Assembly: GCA_965153285.1 (NCBI GenBank)
Contig: OZ229112.1
Reading direction: 5' to 3' (one strand)
Source: Podarcis tiliguerta
Taxonomy: Eukaryota
DNA length: 64,000 nt
In this document: positions 11,961-25,074 of the stretch, piece by piece
How positions within the stretch are numbered: position 1 is the stretch's first letter
Layout of the letters: each line of letters opens with the position of its first letter
Notes under the pieces: generated by a model
The model's database searches: none
The model's input: the letters and a program-made list of their open reading frames with translations, nothing else
What the model was told of the DNA's origin: nothing
Program-made: the position numbers and the translations under genes

Positions 11961-12237
11961 TCTAGTCCAATAGTGTCTTTTCTGACTGGCAATGGCTGTC
12001 TGGGGCCTCAAGCAAATGTCTTCCCAGTCATTTTGCCCAAGATTCTTTTTAGCCAGGGCTTGAAGAATCTAGATCCTTCTACATACAAATCAGGTGTGCT
12101 TCCTCCCGTAAGACGTTAGTGCTTGGAGTGTGGGTGCTCATCCCTCTGTCATATCTAGTAAACAGGTCTTGAAGTTTGGGGCACCGATTCAGAAACCTGC
12201 ACAACTGAGCAGATGCAACAGTGGGACAATGTAACTA

Positions 12238-12428
12238 CAGTGATACCTTGGTTCTCGAACGTGTTCCGGTTTGCGAACATTTTTCAGAAGCTGAACATCC
12301 AACACGGCTTCCGCTTGAGTGCAGGAAGCTCCTGCAGCCAATCGGAAGCTGTGCCTGGGTTTCCGAATGGTTTCAGGAGTAGAACCGACTCCTGGAATGG
12401 ATTAAGTTTGAGAACCAAGGTACCACTG
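12238..12428. mobile_element. Tigger-like MITE (related to 2530)
   Basis: TIRs CAGTGATACCTTGGTTCTC / GAGAACCAAGGTACCACTG, TA TSD; shares tgcaggaagctcctgca.ccaatc core. Confidence 0.88.
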
Positions 12429-13142
12429 TATGTACAGCATGGGAAGTGAAGGAGGCCCTCTCAATTAGTAGTCTCAAGTTTTCTCCTAAAAGCTATCCTC
12501 AGTCTCCAGCCACAGCTTAGTCAACCCAGCCAGAACTGAACTAAACCAGGAGTTAATCAGCAGTACCCCAAACCATAGTTCAGAGAGATGGTCAAGCATC
12601 TTCTTGGTTCCCGTTTTCCTTTTAATAGGAAAGAAAATACACCTGTCATTCTCCTTCCATTTGACAACTTGGTGGAGTCAAGTTATGTTTTCAGTGGCCC
12701 CTCTTCAGACCCTCAGTAGCTGCTATTACTAGTATCTGCCTGCTCTTTTCACATGAGTATTTCATTTTCATTAGCTCCCATCTTCTGTGTTTGGATGGCC
12801 TTCCGCCATTTCCTCTATACAGGGACAGCTTTGTTGCACTTGTAATGTGCACTTGCAAGGCCTTGTAATAATTGTCAAGCTTCCACAGAAGCCGTTCCTC
12901 CTCCTGTCCTTTGTTACTTCAGTTAAGTAATTCCATGTATGAATTGCTTCCAAAAACAACCTTTCACAGCGGAAACATCGGCAATCAAAACCATCACACA
13001 AGCAACAAGAATGAAAAACAGCAACAATTAAAAACACTTTTGTATGTAAAAACAATTGGTCATGAATAAACAAAACACAATTTCATGTCCAACAGAGACA
13101 CAGACTGAGGTATATATCTCCATTTAAAAGGCTGGTTGAAAT

Positions 13143-13244
13143 AGGAAGCTTTTAATATTTGATGAATTATTGTATCTTAATATTTTGCTGGAAGCCTCCC
13201 AGAGTGGCTGGGGAAATCCAGTCAGATGGGTGGGTGGAAAATAA

Positions 13245-13275
<31 letters not shown>

Positions 13276-13282
13276 ATATTAT
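13143..13282 (+). mobile_element. L2 3' UTR and tail with (AAAT)n
   Basis: ggaagcttttaat...ggaagcc.cccagagtggctggggaaa.ccag.cagatggg. Confidence 0.8.
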
Positions 13283-13735
13283 TCACTAGGCACTGGGAAG
13301 ACAACATAGATGGCACCTGCCTATGTACCAACAGGCTCGTGCAGAGCGGTGTGACAACTGAGCCTTGGAGGGCTAAGCCATCTGGGGGTGGAATGGGACC
13401 ACCAGGCACCAAGGGCTTTGTTGTTTGAGTTTATATCTATATGTTAACAAGACAAGAGAGAGAGCGCTACATGGCCAAAGCACTATTTTTCTGTGTTCTG
13501 TATTTCACACAGAAGCAATCAGATGTTAACCACTACTCCCCACCTTCAATATGAAGTGCCACAGCCCAGGAAGAGTTTAAGTACTTGGTTTTGTTGTATG
13601 GGTTATCTACAAGCTCACCAGTCTCCTGGGCAACCTTACGATTTCATATATTTGCCCTCCATACTGGTCCCGGTTTTATAAGCCATGCCACTTCAATGCA
13701 CCCACTTTCTAAAGCCCTTAAATCAGCAATGAGTA

Positions 13736-13994
13736 CCGTATTTTTTGCTCTATAAGACTCACTTTTTCCCTCCTAAAAAGTAAGGCGAAATGTGTGTGCG
13801 TCTTATGGAGCGAATGCAGGCTGCGCAACTATCCCAGAAGCCAGAACAGCAAGAGGGATCACTGCTTTCACTGTGCAGCGATCCCTCTTGCTGTTCTGGC
13901 TTCTGAGATTCAGAATATTTTTTTTCTTGTTTTCCTCCTCCAAAAACTAGGTGCGTCTTGTGGTCTGGTGCGTCTTATAGAGCGAAAAATACGG
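13736..13994 (+). mobile_element. TcMar-Tc2-type MITE with internal 31-bp hairpin
   Basis: TIRs CCGTATTTTTTGCTCTATAAGAC / GTCTTATAGAGCGAAAAATACGG, TA TSD; near-identical to 56275. Confidence 0.92.
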
Positions 13995-14010
13995 TAAGTT
14001 TCCCTCTAAC

Positions 14011-14217
14011 GATGTTCACATGTCACATTTGAGTGGGGGGTCTGTGTCCCTGCATGTACAAAAGCTGGCCCGTGTAAATTCACATGGTTATTTACATGCA
14101 ACGTTCAACGTGTATAGTGTATGTGTTCTGCTGTACACACTAGAATCAGCCAATAAGTGTGCACTCATTAACAAAAAGACCTCACAACTATGTTCAGTTG
14201 AACATGTGAACAAGCCC
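14011..14217. mobile_element. Old MITE, possibly PIF/Harbinger
   Basis: Imperfect TIRs tgttcacatgt / acatgtgaacaagccc. Confidence 0.4.
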
Positions 14218-14853
14218 CCCATTTGCCAAATTTACATGTCAGACACGTGTGCATCCATGCAAACTTAAAATCCTCCAGCCGCCATAAAGGAAAGCCAACA
14301 TCAAATTTACTTAGGTTGTCAGCATACTATTAAAAAGGCAGCAAGCTGATGCCTTCAAAGCAACAAGCCTGCCTCTCCCTGCCTCCCGCCCACCCACCCC
14401 AAGCGACAATGAAAATAATGTTTAAGACAACCCCTTATGGAGCAAACATTCCCTCCGCTACCTGATCTGCAGTGCGTCTTGCCGATTAGTTTTTATGACA
14501 ACCTGCATAAGCAACCAGCCAGAGGCATGCAGATGGACAGGAAAACGGAACGCTTGCTTGGCTGCGTGCCATTTCTTATATGGGGCCTGATAGTACTTAA
14601 ATCAAATTCCTATGTGGGGTCTTTATCTCGCACCAATGTATGCATGTAGCTTGTCGCTTGTTATTTGGCTCACGTCTTCCTCATGCCTAGGAACCATTTG
14701 AAAGCGATAACATTCATAGCTATTTTTATTTCTCTTCCTGTGAAAGGCAGGATTTGTATCGTCCCTTTCCTCCGCCTCCATCTCTGGAATACATATATAT
14801 TGGATTATTGGCCTTAAGTTGAACTCTCACACTGAACAAGCCACCGCCTTCTC

Positions 14854-14884
<31 letters not shown>

Positions 14885-15023
14885 CTTCCTCCTAGAGAAG
14901 ATTCATGCGCTAGGAAAAGAAAAATCCTGTTTATGAAAACTGAATTCGTATTTATGGATACACACACACACACAGCTAAACTACATAAGCGACTGAAGGT
15001 TTTAAGAAGGGATTTATGTGTCT

Positions 15024-15059
<36 letters not shown>
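14854..15059. repeat. Cluster of three (CA)n microsatellites
   Basis: About 14854-14881, 14960-14974 and 15026-15059. Confidence 0.9.
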
Positions 15060-15061
<2 letters not shown>

Positions 15062-15874
15062 TTACCATTAGTACAACTCTGCTTACAAAAGATCTTTCTC
15101 ATACCAACAAACATTTGGATAAAAATAGCCATTTCTGACAGTGGCAAAAAGCAGATATTTTCATTTGGCGAGGGAGGTGTTGTTGTGATGCTGGTCTCTC
15201 TGGCATTTATACTACTCGGTACATTTTATAGCCTCAACAGGACGCATGCTATATAGTACATTCTTCTCTCTTGGCAGCAGCCAGCTTACGTAGCTTTACA
15301 AGGATATTACTCAGATCAGAGTCTATTGCAGCGTATGCGCCTCAAGTGATGGCAGCTCTAAGACGAGCCCATCACACCAACATGCTTATAAAAATCTGAA
15401 AATTTTATTGCCTGGCTCCAGCCATCTGACCTCGGTCAAGGTTGCAAAGGTTATGTATCAGGGTCAGCAGCCTCTGCCTCGCAATTACTTGCTATGCCAA
15501 GGAGACATTGGTCCCATATGTTTAATGCTTCAGGAGAAATGAAACAGTGCACTGGGGCAAACCCTGAGAAACAGCTTCACGCGGACGAGTCTGTCCAGGA
15601 ACCAGCCGGAATCCCTGGAGGGTTGTACCATAGCTTTGTTCAAGCGGAATCATTTGCAAAAGAAATGACTCAGCAGCTGCCCATCCTCACCAGGATACAG
15701 CAGCAACAGCCTGCAATGCTGCCCTCACTACCGTGTCATTGTACGTTGCTCATTACTGGCGAATGCAGGCTGGCATAGCAGCCTATGAAATCGTTGCCTT
15801 TTGTAGGGAATGTGTCAGGTTGAGAAGCAATGAGGGGAGAAAGAAGGCAGCCCAGCAGGACCCATAACTAAGGA

Positions 15875-16405
15875 CAGGGAAGAAATTTGATTTTGCATGC
15901 ATTTTAATGAGAAGCCATCTAATTCACACTGTTCCAAGCAATCCGCAAATTGGAACAAGTCCTTCAATATTCACACTTCTCATAATTTTGCAGCGCAGCT
16001 CTCCAACCAAACAATGCGTACAGAAACATTGGGGGTGAGATAAGCATGGAAGTGCATAAATTAGTGAAAATTACATTTTAAAAACACATTTTGTTAAGGG
16101 AAATGGCTTGCAAAAATGTATATATTGGTCAAACCTGCATACAAAAATTGTATATTAGGACCTCAAAATGCTGGCGAATTTTCACAGGGAATCTTGTTTT
16201 ATAAAATAAAATATTGTTTTTATTGTTACAATAATTTATTACCCACCCTTCACTCTGAAGTCCCAGGGTGAGTGACAACAAAACACAGTTTAAAACAACT
16301 TAAAATTAGAAAATATGCAAAGGCAAATTACTGCAGAAATGTGGAGAACTGAATTTAGGATTTGAAAACAGAGACACTGAGAGAAACAGAAATTGACAGA
16401 TTCAT
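15875..16405 (+). mobile_element. Old unclassified repeat family X (interrupted near 16200-16310)
   Basis: gagaaatttga..gcatttt..cagctctccaacc..gcttgcaaaaatgt..gagaaacagaaattgacagatt shared with 41428, 50010 and 31310. Confidence 0.6.
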
Positions 16406-16452
16406 TATTCTTCTTGATCAACAAGAGTACCCTACACATGATTCCCCTATGT

Positions 16453-16588
16453 CAGGCATCGCCAAATTCAGCCCTCCAGCTGTTTTGGGACTACAACTCC
16501 CATCACCCCTAGCTAACAGAACTAGTGGTCAGGGACGATGGGAATTGTAGTCCCAAAACAGCTGGAGGGCCAAGTTTGGCCATGCCTG
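16453..16588. mobile_element. hAT MITE (136 bp, palindromic)
   Basis: 8-bp TSD ccctatgt; TIRs CAGGCATCGCCAAA / TTTGGCCATGCCTG. Confidence 0.92.
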
Positions 16589-16846
16589 CCCTATGTGCTC
16601 ATTTTGAGATTTCTCAACCATCTTGAGATTGTCTGCTGGTTTTCTTGCACTCCAACAGATGCTTGGCCTGAGCAGGTCCCTGAATTCAAAAGTATCAACT
16701 ACAGCAAAAGAAACTGACAGCAGGAACCCTCAGTTTCAAAAAACGCTGTTGTTCGGTAAGAGAGCACCAAGACAACCCCTTCTGTTGAGAGAATCTTCGT
16801 GGCAAATATTAGGGTGGGTTCCTTTGAATATCCCAGGATATTCAGT

Positions 16847-17196
16847 CTTGGTCCAGTATACCTGAAGGAGCATCTCCACCCCCATCATTCTGCCCGGACA
16901 CTGAGGTCCAGTGCCGAGGGCCTTCTGGCGGTTCCCTTGCTGTGAGAAGCCAAGTTACAGGGAACCAGGCAGAGGGCCTTCTCAGTGGTGGCGCCCGCCC
17001 TGTGGAACGCCCTCCCACCAGATGTCAAAGAGAAAAACAACTACCAGACTTTTAGAAGACATCTGAAGGCAGTCCTGTTTAGGGAAGCTTTTAATGTTTA
17101 ATAGATTATTGTATTTTAATATTCTGTTGGAAGCCGCCCAGAGTGGTAAATATACCATTATTATTATTATTGTTGTTGTTGTTGTTGTTGTTGTTA
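16847..17196 (+). mobile_element. L2 LINE 3' end
   Basis: Encodes ..PVYLKE.LHP..GTRQRAFSVVAPALWNALP..; TTA/TTG tail. Confidence 0.9.
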
Positions 17197-18084
17197 TGAA
17201 ACTAAACAAAATGAAGGCCACTGATCATATACACATAATGCAGTTTCAATGCATGTAAAGCTCCAAGTGTCCTAAGCCATGCATATCATAAACTTCTCAA
17301 ACCTTTCATCTCTTTTCAATCGTGGTTGTCCCTACAAGTAGCCAAGGGGGAAGGAAGCTTAACATTCTTCTCAGATGATGAGGGAGAATTTTTTTTTCTT
17401 AGACACTGCGAAGACAGATGAAGTTCCTACTTCCTCAAATCTAGCCCGGTTCCAAAATAGAGCAGTTCTTGGCCGCTGCTCAACCTCTTTAATGAAGGCA
17501 GGAGAACTGTGAGAGCAGCCACATGGTAGCCAGTGACTACAACTATGAAGAGATGCATTTTTGGCATGGAGAGGCAAGGGAGTTGGGAAATGAATGAACC
17601 TCAAGCTTCTTCTTCTCTCCCCCCCCCCAATCAAAAAAGACCCAAGGCTTGCTTTAAATATTCAGGAATGCAAAGCTGGACGGGAAGGCTGTCTAGTAAT
17701 CCCCAATTTGCCCCTTTAGCATATAGCTGAGTATATATTAGGAATTTGGTCTTCCTTAAACAGCATGGAATGCATCAAAAGTTGGACCGAGATAGAAGGC
17801 AATGATTCCCAGTGAGTTTGTCAACTTGGCTTTGGTCCAGCGTTCTGCCAGCAGATCAGGCTTGCAACCCCAATGACAGCTGCTACTTAGAAAAGCTGGG
17901 ACAAATGGGGTGGGGGTGGGGAGTGGGGAGAGAAATGTGTGGTGAACATTTCTCCTGCCACACAATTTACATGATTTTGATGTATCTCTATAATAAAGCA
18001 GCAGTTTTGTTTTGTTTTTTAAACCCATCTTCAGTACTTTTACCCCATCTTCCTTCCTTGCAAAGATAATGTGGCCACTTAAGC

Positions 18085-18380
18085 GTTGTTGTTGTTATTT
18101 AGTTGTTTAGTCGTGTCCGACTCTTCGTGACCCCATGGACCAGAGCACGTCAGGCACTCCTGTCTTCCACTGCCTCCCGCAGTTTGGTCAGACTCATGTT
18201 TGTAGCTTCGAGAACACTGTCCAACCATCTCGTCCTCTGTCGTCCCCTTCTCCTTGTGCCCTCCATCTTTCCCAACTTCAGGGTCTTTTCCAGGGAGTCT
18301 TCTCTTCTCATGAGGTAGCCAAAGTATTGGAGCCTCAGCTTCATGATCTGTCCTTCCAGTGAGCACTCAGGGCGGATTTC
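18085..18380 (-). mobile_element. BovB LINE, 5'-truncated
   Basis: ORF 18150-18389 (LKEIRPECSLEGQIMKLRLQYFG..REDSLEKT); TSD cttaagc; (CAA)n tail. Confidence 0.95.
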
Positions 18381-21300
18381 CTTAAGCAAATATTTGGCAC
18401 CGAGCCGAACTGAAAGGTGTCTTTCTTTTGTTTAGAAGGTGTCCTTGCTGCCACATTTACGTCTCAACTGGGAGAAAAGGTGTGTGGACTTCGCTTTCTC
18501 TGATTTCCTCCCTATCCCTCTCTTCCTTTATGAAGAAACAGCGGGCAACTGAACATTGCCATTTTATTAATACTTGGCACCCAACTGTCTTGTAGGCCTG
18601 AATTGGTTAGCCTTAAAGATGCCACACAGGACTGTTAACAAGGGACAAAAAGGTTCCCACCCCAGTGCTTGTGGAAGCCTAGTTTGGCTCTGAGGGTGGT
18701 AACCAATAAGGTGCTTCTGCTAATGCAAGGATTTCCACTCGTGTGATGGAACTTCTCCTTCCTCTCCTCTCCCTTCATGCTTCCATTGCCCTCACCAAAT
18801 CTTCCCCAGAGAGGGAAACCCAGAACAGATTTAAAGGGCGTGTGCTATGGTGCACAGGGATTTGGCTTCGCAGATCTGTTTCTAGTTGCATACATCCCCA
18901 AATCAGTGTTCCTGAAATGTTGGTCTGATGTATCATCAGCACATCCCTCTTTTCTCCTTTTGTCCTGTCTCATTCTATTCCAGTTTTTACACCTTCTCCA
19001 TACTACTAGCCTACATAGAAAAGGCATTCTGTTTCAGCTTACTATTTAACCACTGTACGAATTATTTCTTCACTTAAAACAGCAAACATATATCTATTTT
19101 CCTCTTTCAAATGTTAACATTAATGGCTATTATATAAAGGTAGTTTTAAACAGCCGTCCAAAGCAGTTAACATTAGACCAGCAGAGCAGGAAACAATATA
19201 TCACCATAAAATATTAATACTGACTAAATAAATTTCAGAATTAGATCAAACAGCTCCACTAATTGGAAAGTTCTTTCTTCTTGTGTAAACAAGGGACACT
19301 TAATATGTAAGGAATCAGATATCTCAGTTACAGGATCCAGTGAGGCTAAACTGATTTACCCAAGCTGAGGATCTGCCCCTCAGATAATTTGTTCCACTGA
19401 GAAACAAAATGCCTTTGATCTCTACTATAAATCAAGCTTACTCAAGTAAAGTGGGTATATGGTTAAAAAGATGTGATGTAAATTTAGAAGAAAATCAAAA
19501 CCGCAGGGAGAAGCTTTTTTCTACAGTGAAATCTCTGAAGATCACTCTTGTTAAGTGGCAACCATGGAATCGTGATAACTTGAAAGTTAATGTTTCTGCA
19601 AGATTAATGAAAAAGCACTTTGTAAATCATTCCAGGAGTAAAACATATATATTGTGCACAACTCAGAATTTTATGGAAAACACTTGCATTTACAAAAAGG
19701 TAAGACTCCTCAAAAGACAGCTTTTGTCAGACCTCTAAACACTAACCTGTATTATGTTAGAGTTGGCTGAAAGCCATTGGAATTAAGTCACCAGATCTCA
19801 GGTTCAGGCTGGAGCAGATTGAAATCTACTCTAATGAACCAAGTTGAGTGTTGGTGACTCTAGACTCTACTTGTTATCACTTAACAGGTACCCAGGACCC
19901 ATAAATACCTAATTCACCTGGGATTTCCAAGAAGGGAAACCCAGGAATACTACACAGAAGTTGCTCTTCTGTTTCACCTAAGAATGCACAAACACAAACT
20001 AAAGGTAAGTTGCTTTAGGCAACAGGAAGCAAATATTAAAATAAGGAAACTTACTCTAATAACATCACTGGGGACAGGACTGACATTGCTAATCTGAAAA
20101 TAGATTACACTGCTATCCCTTTCTCCAACTGCAAGAAGAAGAGGGGAAGATTCTGGTGCATGACCTCCCCAGAGGCCACCAGGAAAACAACCACAAATAT
20201 GGTGGAAGTGGTGCTGCTGTTTGCAAAAAGCTTCCTACGGGTAGTGTCCACCAGTTGACTGAATCAGATGGGACAGCAAGGCAGGGGTCTTGCTGCTACA
20301 GTGGTTGCTGGTGCTATGGAAGAAGAGGAGGAGACCTTTTGACCAAACATAGACAAAAGCCCACTTTTCCATCTCGATAACCATCATGTCAAATTTGGTG
20401 ACACATCTTCAGAGATATCCCAATGCATAGAGGACAGACGAACAAACAACATTCCAAAATATAGAGTAAATTTAATATCACACTGTAGAAGATTAGAAGA
20501 TAGTCAACTTCACTGACAACTGCCCCACATAGTATATAATCTGCACTTGTAAAAAACAACAACAACAATATTTTAGCATGGCAACATCTATATATTGGAA
20601 CTCCCTGCCTACTGATATCAGCTGGTGCCATCACAAAATTATTTTTGGCACATACTAAAAAAAAACATTGTGCATATATAAAACGAACATGTGTTTTAGT
20701 TTATCGCTGATTCTAATTATATTTTGTAATGTTTTAACATCTGTTTTTAATATGGTCTTTTATTAACAAATTTAATGTTGTTGTTGTTTTGTAAACCACT
20801 AAGAGGTTCTGTTTATAATCCAGTGGCATCTAAATTTTGTTAAATAAATACGCTCAGTTTTGAGTGCATAAAAAAGGGGGGGTTAAGAATTTCAGAAGTT
20901 GAGATATAGTGTATCGCCTATGTGCACACATGCCCCGTGTCACATCAGTGGCGCATCTGAGAGTGCAAGTTTGATGCACATGGGATGTCCCACCTTTTAT
21001 CTATCCACAGGATTCTACCTTTACTGCGATATGTGCATTAATAATAATCTGTGACATTAACTGTGTTCATTGTAATGAAAATTTAACTCACGCCCCGCTT
21101 GCTGTCACTAAAGGGTTAAGCATTTGAACTTTATCCCGTGTCGTAGGAAGTCCAACGGCAGCGGGGAAGAGGGATTTATTTAATATTATGCAGTAAAAGA
21201 AGGTTTGACTAAAGGATTCGAGGGATTAGCTGTTCCATAGAAGCAGCTTCATAAAAAAAGAAGAAATTACTATATCTGAGGTTGTCTGTTGTTCAGCAAT

Positions 21301-22670
21301 ATACCTTTAAGCACTTGGGTGGGGTGGGGGGACAAAAACCAGGTAATGGGGAACAAAACCTTGTTGTGTACTTGAGCTAATGGGACTCTTCTAAATATTT
21401 AATTAAATGTGCATACATACATATCCATGCTATTTCCATGCTATTTCAGAATAAATGAAATAATTTATCCAAGATATAAGAAATGACTATTAGGATTATC
21501 TAATTTAGCATGTTTGGATCCTGCAGACAGGATTATCTGACAGGGTAATGGAAGTTCACTGGGCCAAATCAATCATTTCTGTAGCTCCCAGAAAGATGAT
21601 TTAGGGATTTAAATTGGCCCAGAATATTTTAATAGTCTGGTTATGCTGAAGCATACCAAAGTCACTGCTAATTAATCAGCCAGTCTTACTCTCAGCATAA
21701 GATTGGGGAGGGGGTTTGCCCATTTTATTTCAGTTACATCCACTGTTTTATTCCCAAGCATTTACTAGTTTCTGTTTTCATGAAAGAATTTGCACCCCTA
21801 AATTCTGAAGTATGCTAACCCATTGGTAGCAGACTATATATTCCATCTGAAACAATGCTTCTTATATACTGAAGATCTCTTCCATCCAATTGAATGGAAA
21901 TGGGATCTAGCTGAAATTTAAGTGAGGGCCTAGCCAGGCAATCTTCAATGAGATCATAGCCCAGTCTAAAATTATGGACCACGTCCCACAGCGTAAATAA
22001 TCATAATCATCAGTTTTTATCCCCTAAATTCATTTGTCCAAACCTATTAGTTGTTCATTTCCCCCCTCCCTATGATATAGTTACAGGTATCAGTTGTAAG
22101 GAAGACCTGTTTGTATGTGTACAAAATATTAATAAGTAAATATTTGCTGATAAATATGAACATATGTAGCATGTACCATGAACATCCCCACAGAACACAT
22201 AAATAAAGTGGTCAAATGCTGTGGATAATAGCTGGCATTTCTTCTAACACGGCGACAAGCGATTCAGCATTTTAATTTTAAAATTTCCCAACCTAAATGC
22301 CATTGCATTTTGCTGCCTTTCTAGGGGCACTGCCCCTTTAAGTCCAGCTCCAACCATCCTTCTGTGACATGGAATATCTAACAGACAGAACGCTGTTTAA
22401 TTTACACCTGCTACGTGTTAGGAGTATCAAAAGCCTCTATCAGAGGTACTGCTATATTGGTTTGACAGTGCCAGGATTTTGCTAGTGAAATGCTACCAAT
22501 ATAATAACAATTCCTACTCCATCATTTTCTGGGATCGTAATAAGCTTGTGGGGGAGAGCTTTGGTGAATATTGGTGGCAATATTTATGCTGAATATTATA
22601 GCCAAAAATTCCAGATTTTTTAAAAAATAATAATTATACGTTCCCTTAGGAACATTTCCTCCCTGCCCCC

Positions 22671-22673
<3 letters not shown>

Positions 22674-22708
<35 letters not shown>
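22674..22708. repeat. (TG)n microsatellite
   Basis: Read directly from sequence. Confidence 0.95.
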
Positions 22709-22711
<3 letters not shown>

Positions 22712-23972
22712 CAGCATAATCATATGTCCCCAGAATGGTAATAATCTATTTCTCTCCTCACACTACTGAGTTGCTGGTGACCCTGGCTGACCCAATTGAA
22801 ATTGATTTTGTTGTTGAACTCCTAGCTGCTGCAAATTAATCTCAGATCCATACAAGATCAGGGAAGCAAGGCACAAAGTACAAAGACCTCAAGTGCTGAA
22901 GGGGGGGTGGAATTAGTTCTGGGGAAGGTATTTTAAGTTTGGAAAGATAAATGGTTACAATGACTTGCTTTGATAGAACATCTGTAGTGAAAGAGAAGAG
23001 TATGACAAAAGGGGGGTGGGGTGGAAGAGAGAGAGACAGAGAGAGAATAAAAGCTGTAATTTAATAGCCTAATTTCCTGTCCGGCCCTGTAGAAATATCC
23101 GTCTCCTTCTGACAGCTGATGGAAATGCACTGCAATTTGATTTGTTCCCCAGTGTGGGACAAGTTCTGTCCTATCTTTTCCTCCAGCTCCCCCTGGGCTA
23201 CATTGGCTACAGCAGACACCTCCTCTAATTCCCCATCTTCTCTCATTCTAAATTCACCACTGGCAGCTATTTGTTTTCTAAATGGTATTCACATCACCTT
23301 AGTTCCCTTGATTTATTATTTATCCCCATATTTTCCAAACGTGGCATCTGTTCTTCCCTTTCTGGAGTCTAAATTGCCAAGCTGTCTTGAAAATACCAGG
23401 ACCGAAATTAAGAAGCAAAGAAAAAACCACCCCACAACTTCTTTTAGCACACCTCATTTCATTCAAGGAGGTTTCCCCAATTATTATTCTAACTAGGGAG
23501 ACGGGAATCAGTCGGTTTCTGGTCCCTGTGACTTTCACAAGTCTTCCTCTCTCGGTTTTCCCATTTCCACATTGCTCTGTAAAGGATGGTTGTTTGTATT
23601 TTAATAAAAAAAAATCAACCTTTAAATAAGAAATTAAATGTGATCTTTTAAAAATAGGTTTCTCAAAATGCATGTTTTTAAAATGTCTTTTCCATTTAAA
23701 ATGTATTTTGACTGGTTTTCAAGGAGTGCGGGATATCTCAGTTCTGGTAGGCAAATTAGTCCAGGAGGAAGAGATCATGTTTGAGATCAAATTTGAATCT
23801 GCAAAGTTTAAATTCCTCATCTATCTCTAATTCCAACCTTGGTGAACAGGAAGGCTGAGCATAGCATTACCATTTTCAACAATTATTATTGATTCTATTA
23901 TTGCTATTGCTATTGCTATTGCTACTGCTACTACTATTACTATTACTATTTCTTACCCATCCTTCAACATAA

Positions 23973-24340
23973 AAAGGTGAAGGTAAAGGTACCCCTGCTC
24001 GTACGGGCCAGTCTTGACAGACTCTAGGGTTGTGCGCTCATCTCACTCTAAAGGCCGGGAGCCAGCGCTGTCCGCAGACACTTCCGGGTCACGTGGCCAG
24101 CGTGACGAAGCTGCTCCGGCAAACCGGCACCAGAGCAGCACAAGGAAACGCTGTTTACCTTCCCGCTATAAAGCGGTACCTATTTATCTACTTGCACTTT
24201 GATGTGCTTTCGAACTGCTAGGTGGGCAGGATCTGGGACCGAACGACGGGAGCTCACCCTGCTGCGGGGATTCAAACCGCCGACCATGCGATCGGCAAGT
24301 CCTAGGCGCTGAGGTTTTACCCACAGCGCCACCTGCGTCC
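23973..24340 (-). mobile_element. Sauria SINE, full length, subfamily B
   Basis: Head ggacgcaggtggcgctgtgggtaaaacc on the minus strand; TSD ttcaacataa. Confidence 0.93.
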
Positions 24341-24424
24341 TTCAACATAAGCTTCTATAATTACTGAAGCGATTATCAATTGTGTATAAATTCATGGAGG
24401 ATAGGGCTATCAGTGCCTACTAGT

Positions 24425-24637
24425 CATAGAATCATAGAACTGCAGAGTCAGAAGGGACCCTGAGGATCATGGGGTATTTTTATTTATTGAATTTATATAC
24501 CACCCTACAGCTGGAAGTCTCGGGTCGGATCATCTAGTCCAAGCCCCTGCAATGTAGAAAATATGCGGCTGTACCATACAGGGAATGAACCTGCAACCTT
24601 GGTATTACCAGCACCACTCTCTAACCAACTGAACTAT
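24425..24637 (-). mobile_element. tRNA-Ile-derived, CR1-tailed SINE containing a 56-bp insert
   Basis: Homologous to 48804-48933; insert 24471-24526 flanked by duplicated ggatcat. Confidence 0.7.
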
Positions 24638-24639
24638 TA

Positions 24640-25074
24640 CCGTATTTTTTGCTCCATAAGACACACCTAGTTTTTAGAGGAGGAAAACCAGAAAAAAATA
24701 ATATTCTGAACGAAACAGTGGATGTATGATTTTTGTGGTTCATGCTGTGGCCACAGACATGTGATCTGATGGTGAATTTGGGGTGACCCAATGCAAAAAT
24801 CCTGAGGATCCATGTGGATCCATGCTTTGTAACCACGTTTTTGCACCTTTATCTCTATCGTCCCTTATCTCTCTCCCCGATCGGCAAACGATCAGTGGCT
24901 TTGTTTCTACACCCACTTCCCTCTTTCAAAAAAAAGAAAGAAAAAGCATGATCTGCTTTTTGCCCCTGGGCAATTCAGCTCCAGGGACCACACATTCACT
25001 CCATAAGACGCACAGACATTTCCCCTTACTTTTTAGGGAGAAAAAAAGTGTGTCTTATGGAGCAAAAAATATGG
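24640..25074 (-). mobile_element. TcMar-Tc2-type MITE with a different interior
   Basis: TIRs CCGTATTTTTTGCTCCATAAGAC / GTCTTATGGAGCAAAAAATATGG, TA TSD. Confidence 0.9.

Noticed and set aside
15494-15778. 94-aa ATG-initiated ORF
   Set aside because: No recognisable homology or convincing splice or promoter context; the length is within chance range.
17907-17928. G-quadruplex-forming tract ggggtgggggtggggagtgggg
   Set aside because: The motif is real, but such tracts are common and nothing in the context suggests function.
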